Position numbers and translations under genes: made by a program. A stretch of DNA of 64,000 nucleotides from the NCBI GenBank assembly GCA_017961515.1, contig JAGCXC010000082.1, positions 7,092 through 71,091 on the forward strand. The letters run 5' to 3'. The notes beneath the pieces were generated by a model. It was not told where the DNA came from. It saw nothing but the letters and a program-made list of their open reading frames with translations, and searched no databases. The DNA comes from Clostridiales bacterium. GTDB taxonomy: Bacteria; Bacillota; Clostridia; Acetivibrionales; RGIG10202. Below, piece by piece: positions 10,244 through 19,062 of the stretch. Numbering within the stretch: the stretch's first letter is position 1; every line of letters begins with the position of its first letter.

Positions 10244-10589
10244 GAATATTATAATGCAATATTACAATATAATCATACTATGGACTTGTTGCGTGCATGT
10301 AAAATTGCGACAAGTAAAGAAAGAACGAGTGAATTATTTAATATAATACGGAATATATCTAACGAAGAAGACAGAAGTAAGGCAATAGATTTATTAGAAG
10401 AACAAATAGAAAGAGTGGACGTAAAATAGTGTATATTTTGTTGTATGGTGATTATTCTACCCTAGCTAGATCTTGGCTAAATGTTAGATAAAAAATGATA
10501 TTGAAGGTCGATTAAAAGAGAGAAAAGGGTATATTAAGAGAAGAAAAAAGAGAAAAATACGGATAAATTAAATTTTTGCAAAAATATAC

Positions 10590-10619
10590 TTGACATACCC
10601 AGGGTTTTTGTAATAGAAT
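10590..10619 (+). promoter_or_regulatory. Sigma-A type promoter of rplM-rpsI
   Basis: TTGACA, 18 nt spacer, TAGAAT. Confidence 0.55.
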
Positions 10620-10779
10620 AATCTGGTACTTAAGTTTGTCTCGTTTTAAGGATGAGCTGATCGTTCAATAAAAACAATTGCGTCTGTGATAATTGTTCAT
10701 AGATATAAAGACTTGTTTATTAGAGAAAGTATCAAGCGGAAAAAAGAGTTAGAAATATTTTAAGGAGGTAAGTTTTTTA
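10620..10779 (+). promoter_or_regulatory. About 155-nt 5' leader of rplM (candidate L13 autoregulatory leader)
   Basis: Long UTR with hairpins such as acaatt...aattgt. L13 leaders are described in low-GC Gram-positives, but I did not match this against a model. Confidence 0.3.
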
Positions 10780-11241
10780 ATGAAGACTTTTGTAGCAAAA
10801 CCGAAAGAGATAGAAAGAAAATGGTTTGTAGTCGATGCTGAAGGAAAGACATTGGGAAGATTAGCAAGTGAAGTAGCAAAAATTTTAAGAGGGAAACATA
10901 AACCTGAGTATACGCAATTTGTTGATACAGGTGATTACGTAATTGTAATAAATGCGGACAAGGTTGTGTTGACAGGAAAGAAGTTGGAGCAAAAGATGTA
11001 CAGACACCATTCAGGATGGATTGGTGGAATGAAGGAAATAAAGTACAGGATATTTATGCAGAATAGTCCGGAAAAAGCTGTTGAGATAGCAGTTAAGGGA
11101 ATGCTTCCACATAATAGCCTGGGAAGAGCAATGTTTAGAAAGCTTAAAGTTTACAGAGGTAGTGAGCATGGTCATGAAGCACAAAAACCAGAATTTTTAG
11201 ATTTAGGAAAGAAAGATAAGAAAGGGAGTGTAACAGAGTAA
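10780..11241 (+). CDS. rplM: 50S ribosomal protein L13
   Basis: Starts [45 protein letters not shown]. Strong AAGGAGG SD. Confidence 0.95.
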   Translation: MKTFVAKPKEIERKWFVVDAEGKTLGRLASEVAKILRGKHKPEYTQFVDTGDYVIVINADKVVLTGKKLEQKMYRHHSGWIGGMKEIKYRIFMQNSPEKAVEIAVKGMLPHNSLGRAMFRKLKVYRGSEHGHEAQKPEFLDLGKKDKKGSVTE

Positions 11242-11242
11242 A

Positions 11243-11635
11243 ATGGCTAAAGTTGAATTTCGTGGAACAGGTAGAAGAAAAAGTGCAGTGGCAAGGGTGA
11301 GGCTTATACCAGGAACAGGTAAGTTTATTATAAATAAGAGGGAATTAGATGATTTCTTTGGTTTAGAAATATTAAAGACTATATCAAAGCAACCGTTGGT
11401 GTTGACAGGAACAGAAGGAAAGTATGATATTTTTTGTACAGTAAGAGGTGGAGGCTTTTCAGGGCAAGCTGGAGCTGTAAGGCATGGAATTGCAAGAGCT
11501 TTGCTTAAGTCGGATGAGGAATTGAAGTTGGCATTAAAGAAAGCTGGATACTTAACAAGAGATCCAAGAGAAAAAGAAAGAAAGAAGTACGGAAAGAAGA
11601 AAGCGAGAAAAGCGCCTCAGTTCTCAAAGAGATAA
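11243..11635 (+). CDS. rpsI: 30S ribosomal protein S9
   Basis: Contains [19 protein letters not shown] and a C-terminal [12 protein letters not shown]. Confidence 0.95.
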   Translation: MAKVEFRGTGRRKSAVARVRLIPGTGKFIINKRELDDFFGLEILKTISKQPLVLTGTEGKYDIFCTVRGGGFSGQAGAVRHGIARALLKSDEELKLALKKAGYLTRDPREKERKKYGKKKARKAPQFSKR

Positions 11636-11646
11636 TATGGAACGGA

Positions 11647-11677
11647 TCCCATGGGCATGCCTGTGGGGATTCTTTTA
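11647..11677 (+). terminator. Possible terminator after rpsI
   Basis: GC-rich hairpin cccatggg..cctgtggg with G:U pairs, followed by ttctttt. Confidence 0.4.
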
Positions 11678-11787
11678 CCCTAAAGGTGTAAATTATTTAT
11701 CAAACGATGGTGTGTATCGGTTGATGTTTGGTTGTGCGTGAAATTTAAGATGATTTTAGATTGCAGATGAAAGGAGGAAAGTTTGGA

Positions 11788-12975
11788 ATGATTTTGATAG
11801 AGAATGGCATGGTATACACAATGAATGCTAATAATGATGTCTACGATTGTGGATGTATATTAATTGATGGTGGTAAAATTCTAGAGGTTGCAAGAGATAG
11901 AGAATCAATTAGAAGTGATATATCACGAGATGTAACAGTTATAAATGCAAAGGGAAGGTATGTGTTTCCTGGATTTGTGGATCCACACTGCCATATAGGT
12001 TTATATGAAGATTCATTGGGGTTTGAAGGAGAAGATACAAATGAGAGTACAGATCCTGTGACACCTCAGCTTAGGGCAATAGACGGAATTAATTTTTTTG
12101 ATAGAAACTTCAAAGAAGCATATGAAGCAGGGGTTACAACAGTTGTAACAGGACCTGGAAGTGCAAATGTTTTGGGTGGTCAGTTTTTAGCCATGAAAAC
12201 GTATGGTAGAAGAATAGAGGAAATGATAGTGAAAGATCCTGTTGCGGTTAAAATTGCATTTGGAGAAAATCCTAAATCGGTGTATAATGAAAGAAAACAG
12301 ATGCCAACAACTAGAATGGCGACTGCTGCGATATTAAGAGAAGAATTAAACAAGGCAGTAGAGTATAATGATAAGAAGAAAATATATGCTAGTACTAAAG
12401 ATGAAGAAGACAAGCCAGAGTATGATGGGAAACTGGAAGTTTTGATTAAGGTATTAAATAAGGAGATTCCGTTTAAAGCACATGCACATAGGGCAGATGA
12501 TATATTAACAGCTATTAGAATAGCGAAAGAATTTGATGTAAATATTACGATAGAGCATTGTACAGACGGATCAAGGATAAAAGATATACTAAAGAGTGAA
12601 GGTGTTCCTGTAATAGTGGGCCCAGTGATAACAGATAGATCTAAGCCAGAACTTGCAAATCAGAGCGCGAGTACGGGAGGGATTTTGGCTAAAGAGGGAA
12701 TTGATGTTGCTATAATGACAGATCATCCAGTATTTCCTATAAATTATTTGCCAATACAAGCGGCTATAGTGGCTAAAGAAGGCATGGATTGTATGCAGGC
12801 ATTACGAGCTATAACTATTACTGCGGCAAAAGTGTGTGGAATAGATGATAGAGTAGGAAGTATAGAGGTTAACAAAGACGCAGACATAGTAATATTTGAT
12901 GGTCATCCATTTGAGATAAAGACTAATGTTTTAAAAACAATAATAGATGGTGAGGTTGTGTATGATAGAGATTAA
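11788..12975 (+). CDS. Metal-dependent amidohydrolase-family protein
   Basis: PGFVDPHCHIGL motif and C-terminal DADIVIFDG. AGGAGG precedes the ATG at 11788. Confidence 0.8.
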   Translation: MILIENGMVYTMNANNDVYDCGCILIDGGKILEVARDRESIRSDISRDVTVINAKGRYVFPGFVDPHCHIGLYEDSLGFEGEDTNESTDPVTPQLRAIDGINFFDRNFKEAYEAGVTTVVTGPGSANVLGGQFLAMKTYGRRIEEMIVKDPVAVKIAFGENPKSVYNERKQMPTTRMATAAILREELNKAVEYNDKKKIYASTKDEEDKPEYDGKLEVLIKVLNKEIPFKAHAHRADDILTAIRIAKEFDVNITIEHCTDGSRIKDILKSEGVPVIVGPVITDRSKPELANQSASTGGILAKEGIDVAIMTDHPVFPINYLPIQAAIVAKEGMDCMQALRAITITAAKVCGIDDRVGSIEVNKDADIVIFDGHPFEIKTNVLKTIIDGEVVYDRD

Positions 12976-13417
12976 AGCATTTAGCGCGGATGATACCATA
13001 GCTTGTGGATATAAGCTTGCAAAGCTTATGGAGAGTGGGGGAATAATATTGTTGGATGGAGATTTAGGTGCCGGCAAAACTGTATTTACGACAGGAATAG
13101 CAAGAGCACTTAATATATCTGATTATATAACTAGTCCGACATTTACTATAGTGAACATGTATGTTGGTGATAAGCAATTGAATCATTTTGATGTGTACAG
13201 AATAGAAAAGGAAGATTTGGATGATATAGGTTTTTGGGATTATATATTGCCTGACACTTTTGTTGTGATAGAGTGGTCCCAGAAGATAGCTGGCCTTTTG
13301 CCTAGGGACACTGTTGAAGTGAATATAAGCAAAGATTTAGATAAAGGGCTTGATTATCGTAGTATAACAATAAAGTGCAATGGTAAATATGAAGAGTTGG
13401 AAAGTAAAATGATATAG
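12962..13417 (+). CDS. tsaE: tRNA t6A37 biosynthesis ATPase TsaE
   Basis: P-loop GDLGAGKT and PTFTIVN motif. Overlaps the end of the upstream gene. Confidence 0.85.
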   Translation: MIEIKAFSADDTIACGYKLAKLMESGGIILLDGDLGAGKTVFTTGIARALNISDYITSPTFTIVNMYVGDKQLNHFDVYRIEKEDLDDIGFWDYILPDTFVVIEWSQKIAGLLPRDTVEVNISKDLDKGLDYRSITIKCNGKYEELESKMI

Positions 13418-13431
13418 AAAGGGAAAACTTT

Positions 13432-14133
13432 ATGAAAATATTAGCGTTAGATACATCAACTAAGGTCGCGAGTGTTGCGATAATTGATCAAGATAAAATG
13501 CTAGCAGAGTATTTTGTAAATACTGATAAAATGAATCACTCACAGAAATTGATGCCGGTGATAGATGGTGTAATAAAGGATCTAGGAATTGATCTTAGAG
13601 AGATAGATTATTATGCAGTGTCCGTTGGACCAGGATCTTTTACGGGTTTAAGAATAGGAGTGGCAACAGTAAAGGGAATGGCATACGCAAACAATAAGAA
13701 GGTTGTTGCGGTAGATACGTTGGATGCTATAGCAAATAACGTAAGTTATAGTGATGATATAGTTTGTTGTATAATGGATGCAAGAAATCGACAAGTATAT
13801 GTGGCTATGTACGATGGAAAGAAAAAAATAGTGGAAGATACTGCTATTGATATAGATGAGCTTATAGATAAGTTGATCTTTTTAGGAACAAGAATTATAT
13901 TTGTCGGTGATGGAGTGTTAGTCTATAGTGAGTACCTAAAAGAAAAATTGCAAGATAATTTTGTTATGCCAAGGAGAGTTGATGTATTACCAAGGGCTTC
14001 TAGTGTAGCAGAGTTGGCATTGGGAAAGATACAGAATCAAGAGATTTTATCATGCGAAGATTTAGTGCCTAATTATCTAAGAAAATCACAAGCTGAGAGG
14101 GAGTACGAAAAAAATCATAAAAAAGGTGATTAA
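13432..14133 (+). CDS. tsaB: tRNA t6A37 biosynthesis protein TsaB
   Basis: Starts MKILALDTST and contains GPGSFTGLRIG. Confidence 0.85.
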   Translation: MKILALDTSTKVASVAIIDQDKMLAEYFVNTDKMNHSQKLMPVIDGVIKDLGIDLREIDYYAVSVGPGSFTGLRIGVATVKGMAYANNKKVVAVDTLDAIANNVSYSDDIVCCIMDARNRQVYVAMYDGKKKIVEDTAIDIDELIDKLIFLGTRIIFVGDGVLVYSEYLKEKLQDNFVMPRRVDVLPRASSVAELALGKIQNQEILSCEDLVPNYLRKSQAEREYEKNHKKGD

Positions 14134-14599
14134 AGTGGATGATATGAAATTGGATATGGAAGACATAAAAATTAGATGCATGGATGTAAATGATGTAGAC
14201 CCAGTGTTTAGTGTTGAAATGCAATGTTTTAGTACACCGTGGTCTAGGGAGTCTTTTGAATATGAGATGAAGGAGAATGATAAAGCAATTTACGTTATAG
14301 CGGAATATGGTGGTAATGTTTTGGGTTATGCAGGCATGTGGAAAATTTTAGATGAAGGCCATATTACCAATATAGCAGTGCTTAGAGAATTTAGACAAAA
14401 GGGTATAGCAACAATGTTAATTAAAAAGTTGTTAGATTTAGCAAAAGAGGCTAGTATAAATAGTTTTACGTTAGAGGTAAAGAGCACAAACGATGTGGCT
14501 ATAAAGTTGTACGAAAACTTTGGCTTTAAAAAATGTGGGTTAAGAAAGGGATATTACAAAGACACACAAGATGATGCCCTTATAATGTGGAAGAGGTAA
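14126..14599 (+). CDS. rimI: Ribosomal-protein-alanine N-acetyltransferase (GNAT)
   Basis: GNAT core FRQKGIATMLI and canonical position after tsaB. The true start is uncertain (GTG 14126, ATG 14144 or ATG 14156). Confidence 0.8.
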   Translation: MIKVDDMKLDMEDIKIRCMDVNDVDPVFSVEMQCFSTPWSRESFEYEMKENDKAIYVIAEYGGNVLGYAGMWKILDEGHITNIAVLREFRQKGIATMLIKKLLDLAKEASINSFTLEVKSTNDVAIKLYENFGFKKCGLRKGYYKDTQDDALIMWKR

Positions 14600-14716
14600 A
14601 GTGTTCACTGCCGCGGGAAGTGAGATATTTCGACATTGTTATATTTGTATAAAATAATAATCACGTGTCAATAATGATAATAAACAAAATTATCATGAAG
14701 GCGAGTGAAAAATTTT

Positions 14717-15490
14717 ATGCTAATAAATAAAGTTGAGATATGCGGAGTCAACACATCAAAACTACCAGTATTGTCAAGTGAACAGAAGAGGAAATTATTT
14801 GACAGAATAAAAAAGGGAGACATGCAGGCGAGAGATGAGTTTATAGAAGGAAACTTGAGATTAGTATTAAGTGTGATACAGAAATTTTATAATAGAGGCG
14901 AGCATGTAGATGATTTGTTCCAGGTAGGGTGTATAGGGTTGATAAAGGCTATCGACAACTTTGATTTAAGCCAGAATGTAAAATTTTCAACATATGCGGT
15001 GCCAATGATAATAGGGGAAATACGCAGATATTTAAGGGATAATAATTCAATAAGAGTAAGTAGAGGATTAAGAGATACAGCATATAAAGCATTGCAAGCG
15101 AAAGAGAGACTAACGATAAAGCAATGCAAGGAGCCAACGGTATCGGATATAGCAAAAGAAATTGGCGTATCAAATGAAGAAGTGGTATTAGCGTTGGATG
15201 CCATACAAGACCCTATATCATTGTTTGAGTCGGTGTTTAATGATGGAAGTGACACAGTATTTGTTATGGATCAAGTTAGCGATGAAAAAAATAAAGATGA
15301 TAACTGGCTAGAGGATATATCGCTAAGAGAAGCAATGAAGAAATTAAGTAAGAGAGAAATGTTGATTTTAAATTTGAGATTTTTTGATGGGAAGACGCAG
15401 ATGGAAGTAGCAAAAGAAATTGGTATATCACAGGCGCAGGTATCAAGACTTGAAAAGACTGCATTATTGCATATGAGAAATCATATATAG
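14717..15490 (+). CDS. sigG: Forespore sigma factor SigG
   Basis: NKVEICGVNTSKLPVL...GNLRLVLSVIQKF..RGE.VDDLFQVGCIGL.K.IDNFDLS.NVKFSTYAVPMIIGEIRRYLRDNN.IRVSR matches B. subtilis SigG almost residue for residue. Confidence 0.9.
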   Translation: MLINKVEICGVNTSKLPVLSSEQKRKLFDRIKKGDMQARDEFIEGNLRLVLSVIQKFYNRGEHVDDLFQVGCIGLIKAIDNFDLSQNVKFSTYAVPMIIGEIRRYLRDNNSIRVSRGLRDTAYKALQAKERLTIKQCKEPTVSDIAKEIGVSNEEVVLALDAIQDPISLFESVFNDGSDTVFVMDQVSDEKNKDDNWLEDISLREAMKKLSKREMLILNLRFFDGKTQMEVAKEIGISQAQVSRLEKTALLHMRNHI

Positions 15491-15543
15491 AATGCGGAAG
15501 GGGTTAAAAGTTACTCTTAAAATAAGCAATTTTGTGAAAAATA

Positions 15544-15572
15544 TTGACAAATGTTGTCTAATTGTATACAAT
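15544..15572 (+). promoter_or_regulatory. Sigma-A type promoter
   Basis: TTGACA, 17 nt spacer, TACAAT. Confidence 0.55.
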
Positions 15573-15629
15573 AGAAACATTGAAGGAAATAGTCCTTCGA
15601 TTTAATAAGAAGTGAAGGGGAAGTAAGAT

Positions 15630-16232
15630 ATGAAAGAGAAATGTTTGGAATTTGCTAGAGATTTTACTATAACAGTGTTAAAGATTGAAAAGTATTGTTT
15701 TAAAGGTAGAGTTTATTTGTTTTGGGGAGAAATGGCCATCATACTTGGAGAAAGTGTATTTGCAGGTTTGGGACTAGGTCCAGTGATGGGATCAGTTTTG
15801 TTGATGCCACTTTGTATGAAGCTTGCAGAAAAGATTAGTGAATCTTGGGATGAAGTATATGACAAAATGGTTGAGTTTGTTGATGCTAAACTTACAAAGA
15901 AGATACAAAAAGCAAAGGAAGAAAGAAATAGGGAAGCTATAGAAAGAGTTGCAAAAATTGTAAGACAGCGAAGTAAAGGTGATTATAGTAAAAGTGATAA
16001 GGAAGCTATAGAAAGAGTTGCAGAAATTCTAAAAGATATAAGTAAAAGTGATTTTAGTAGAAGTAATTATAGTAAGGGTAATTATGTAGAAAAACAGGCG
16101 CACGAGTTTGCTTATTATAAAGATATAATGAATAGGGGAACATCAAGAGATTCTGGAAGGAATAATCGATTTGATATACCAAGAGAAGATATGGGTAGAG
16201 AAAATGATAGTTTAGGGTTTCAAATACAATAA
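15630..16232 (+). CDS. Hypothetical protein with one hydrophobic segment and a tandem 23-aa repeat
   Basis: SD gaagggga. The sequence EAIERVA(K/E)I...KSD occurs twice. No family recognised. Confidence 0.55.
   Translation: MKEKCLEFARDFTITVLKIEKYCFKGRVYLFWGEMAIILGESVFAGLGLGPVMGSVLLMPLCMKLAEKISESWDEVYDKMVEFVDAKLTKKIQKAKEERNREAIERVAKIVRQRSKGDYSKSDKEAIERVAEILKDISKSDFSRSNYSKGNYVEKQAHEFAYYKDIMNRGTSRDSGRNNRFDIPREDMGRENDSLGFQIQ
15933..16070 (+). repeat. Tandem 69-nt (23-codon) duplication inside the ORF
   Basis: gaagctatagaaagagttgca[a/g]aaatt occurs at 15933 and 16002. Confidence 0.6.
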
Positions 16233-16331
16233 ATAAATTGATAAAAGACTTGTTCTTGGGAATAGGTCTTTTAAATGAGCTAATATTTTTCTATCCAAAT
16301 TTATTTTTTTGTAAAATTAATGACATTTTAG

Positions 16332-16362
16332 GAATTTATGTGTATAATATACACATAAATTC
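16332..16362. promoter_or_regulatory. Perfect 31-nt palindrome (15-bp arms) upstream of spoIID
   Basis: gaatttatgtgtata-a-tatacacataaattc, checked base by base. It contains a TATAAT and ends 45 nt before the spoIID ATG. Confidence 0.6.
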
Positions 16363-16406
16363 TTACTATTTTGTAAATAAAATGTATTTTGGAGGGGGCA
16401 ATAAAA

Positions 16407-17579
16407 ATGCTAAGGAAAATAGTAGCTTGTTTTGCAATAATTTTGGGAAGTGTTATTAATTCATATGCAGCATCATGTGACAAAGAAGTGAATATCGGAT
16501 TATTTTTTGACACCAAAATGAATCAGGTAGATCAAAATTATAATAATTTTAAAGTGAGTGTTGAAAGTGAATTCGAGATAAAAAAATATACAAAGGATTG
16601 TATTGAAATTATAGGCTGCAAAAATGAATCGATCGATGTAAAAAAGATGACAGATCAAAATAAAATTGTTGTTTATAAAGAAAACAATAAATTTTTATGT
16701 GCAAAAGATGATGAGTATATAGAGATAGTGCCAAAGAATCGTTTATTCACAATAAATAGTGAAAGAACCTATAGGGGTAATTTGATTTTAAAAAATACAA
16801 GTGAAAAAAAATTTGTTTTGATAAATAAATTATTTATGGAAGAATATTTATATGGAGTTGTTGTAAAGGAAATTGGATTTAGAGCACCAATAGAAGCCAT
16901 AAAAGCACAGGCTATAGCAGCAAGGACGTATACTCTTACAAATATGGGTATGTTTTCTACATACGGGTTTGATTTAACGGATAGCAAGTATCAGCAAGTC
17001 TATGGAGGATATACTTCAGAAAAGGAAGAAGTAAATTCCGCGGTAGATGAGACTAAAAATCTTACGATGTTTTATGATGATAAACCAATAAAAGCGTTTT
17101 ATTTTGCAAGTAGTGGTGGTAGAACTGAGAATTGTGAAAATGTGTGGGTTAATAAAATTCCATATTTGGTGAGTGTTCCAGACGAATATGAAAGGAATAG
17201 AGGTCCTCGTAATTGGTCGGTTTATTTAACTTGTGATCAAATAAGTTCGCGTATGAAAAATCGAGGAGTAGAATTAGGTGAAATATTAGATGTTGTTGTG
17301 ACAAAACGCGTTGCAAGTGGACGAGTACTTGAGCTAAAGATTATTGGAAGTAAAGGGACATATACTCTAAATAAAAATGAAGTTAGAGTTCCGTTTAATT
17401 TAAGAAGTCAATTATTTTGGATACAGAAAGAAGGAAACACGTTTCATTTTTATGGGAAAGGATTTGGACATGGTGTTGGATTAAGCCAAATAGGTGCTAT
17501 GGCAATGGCAGATGCAGGTTTTAATTACGAGGGGATACTTAAACATTATTTCACGGGTATAGAAATAAAAGAATATTGA
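16407..17579 (+). CDS. spoIID: Stage II sporulation protein D (lytic transglycosylase)
   Basis: Signal-like N-terminus, then EEYLYGVV..E, AQAIAARTY and FASSGGRTEN motifs. GGAGGGGG precedes the ATG at 16407. Confidence 0.9.
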   Translation: MLRKIVACFAIILGSVINSYAASCDKEVNIGLFFDTKMNQVDQNYNNFKVSVESEFEIKKYTKDCIEIIGCKNESIDVKKMTDQNKIVVYKENNKFLCAKDDEYIEIVPKNRLFTINSERTYRGNLILKNTSEKKFVLINKLFMEEYLYGVVVKEIGFRAPIEAIKAQAIAARTYTLTNMGMFSTYGFDLTDSKYQQVYGGYTSEKEEVNSAVDETKNLTMFYDDKPIKAFYFASSGGRTENCENVWVNKIPYLVSVPDEYERNRGPRNWSVYLTCDQISSRMKNRGVELGEILDVVVTKRVASGRVLELKIIGSKGTYTLNKNEVRVPFNLRSQLFWIQKEGNTFHFYGKGFGHGVGLSQIGAMAMADAGFNYEGILKHYFTGIEIKEY

Positions 17580-17637
17580 TGTATGTTTTGCATAGATATG
17601 AAAGTAGCAGATAGTAATTTTAAGAACAAGGAGAATC

Positions 17638-18024
17638 ATGAACACCAAGAAGAGCAAAATTATAAAAGGTATGCTACTTTCATATGGTATAACAATAGTG
17701 GTTTTTAGTATATTTGGGGCATTGTTTTATTTTACAACAATAGATGATACACATGTGTCTATAATAGTTAAAGTTACTATATTAATTAGTGTTTTACTAG
17801 GTGCACTAATATCCGGCAAAAGAGTAGGAATTAGAGGCTGGCTTGTTGGGGGAACCACAGGCTTTATGTATACACTTACTTTATTGATAACAAGTATGTT
17901 GTTTATGAAGAATTTTTCTATTACATCACATAGTATAAAAGTGATAGCCATTAATACATTAGTAGGTATGTTTGGGGGTATAGTTGGAGTTAACACAAAC
18001 AGTAGCAAAGGAACCAAAAACTAA
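17638..18024 (+). CDS. Small 4-TM membrane protein (TIGR04086/YrzE-like?)
   Basis: 128 aa with four hydrophobic helices and SD aaggag. Family assignment is from memory. Confidence 0.6.
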   Translation: MNTKKSKIIKGMLLSYGITIVVFSIFGALFYFTTIDDTHVSIIVKVTILISVLLGALISGKRVGIRGWLVGGTTGFMYTLTLLITSMLFMKNFSITSHSIKVIAINTLVGMFGGIVGVNTNSSKGTKN

Positions 18025-18437
18025 TTGGTCCCTTTGCTATAAAAAAACCGTCCCCATAATAGCTTATGGATTTTAGCGTTTGTACGAAAACTCAAGCCCT
18101 AAGGAGCTTACAATAAATCTCATCGGGTCACGATACTCACGCACTATCAAAAACAATTACAAAAAACAGCCTATATTCGAATGGTTGGTAATATGAAAAA
18201 GCCTGTTAAATTGCTCAAGTTCCCAAAATCCGAAACCAAAAACCATTCAGCTATATAATAGCGACTAACCGAACAGATAACCTTGATAAAACAAGATTAC
18301 CAAGCACACAATTATTATACAGAAATAAATTTTCTAAGTCTATAGTACATATTAATATTTTTTTGAAGTAAAAAGCATAAATTTTTGTATAAAATGACAA
18401 AAAATAAATGTAATATTTTGGATAAAAGTAAAAAGGT

Positions 18438-18467
18438 GAGCGAATAATAAGTTTGCTCTTTTTTTTT
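18438..18467 (+). terminator. Orphan intrinsic terminator in a 500-nt non-coding gap
   Basis: Stem gagcgaa / tttgctc (one G:U pair), 7-nt loop, T9 run. The nearest upstream + strand gene ends 414 nt away. Confidence 0.6.
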
Positions 18468-18529
18468 GTCACTAAATGTGATACAATTTGTAATAGAGTA
18501 GTAGGTTTTAAAGGAGGAAAGTACAAGTA

Positions 18530-19030
18530 ATGAATTTTTCAAAACTGTTGGACAAACTAAAGAAGTACCAATTAGTGAGAGAAATATTAACTGATGAAGG
18601 GATACAGCAATTTAAGAGATATGTTATAACAGGTATGACAACGTTTGTTGTTGAATATTCATTATTTTATTTGTTTCATGAAATAATATTTGGTAAGTAT
18701 AGATTAATAGGGTTTGAACTGGCACATAAGTGGTTTGGAGCAGATACATATACATATAAATATTTGTTGTCTAATACGATAGTATACAGCATAGATTTTT
18801 GCTTGAATTTTACAATAAATAGAGTTTATTCGTTTAAATCGAAAGCTCCACTTATGCGGCAGGTTAAGAGATATGGAATACTATATCTTGCGAACTTGGC
18901 AATAACGAGTGTGTTGTTATATATGTTTGCGGATATGCTTGAATTATCACCGTACATATCTAAGTTTTTAGCTATGAATATAATAATCAGTTGGAATTTT
19001 ATTATATACAAAAAGTTTATATATAAGTAG
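18530..19030 (+). CDS. GtrA-family membrane protein (polyprenyl-phosphate-sugar translocation)
   Basis: 166 aa, 4 TM, RYVITGMTTFVVEYSLFYL matches the GtrA signature. AAGGAGG SD. Confidence 0.8.
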   Translation: MNFSKLLDKLKKYQLVREILTDEGIQQFKRYVITGMTTFVVEYSLFYLFHEIIFGKYRLIGFELAHKWFGADTYTYKYLLSNTIVYSIDFCLNFTINRVYSFKSKAPLMRQVKRYGILYLANLAITSVLLYMFADMLELSPYISKFLAMNIIISWNFIIYKKFIYK

Positions 19031-19062
19031 GTATATTTTTCAAAAATGGAGGGCATGATGAT

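Noticed and set aside
10280-10429. 49-codon + strand ORF (MDLLRACKIATSKERTSELFNIIRNISNEEDRSKAIDLLEEQIERVDVK) next to the IS remnant
   Set aside because: There is no SD and I recognise no family. It is possibly the tail of a gene destroyed by the IS event, but evidence is insufficient to call it.
16238-16459. 73-aa ORF between the unknown gene and spoIID
   Set aside because: It spans the palindrome and the spoIID RBS and start, and its sequence is AT-rich junk with no RBS.
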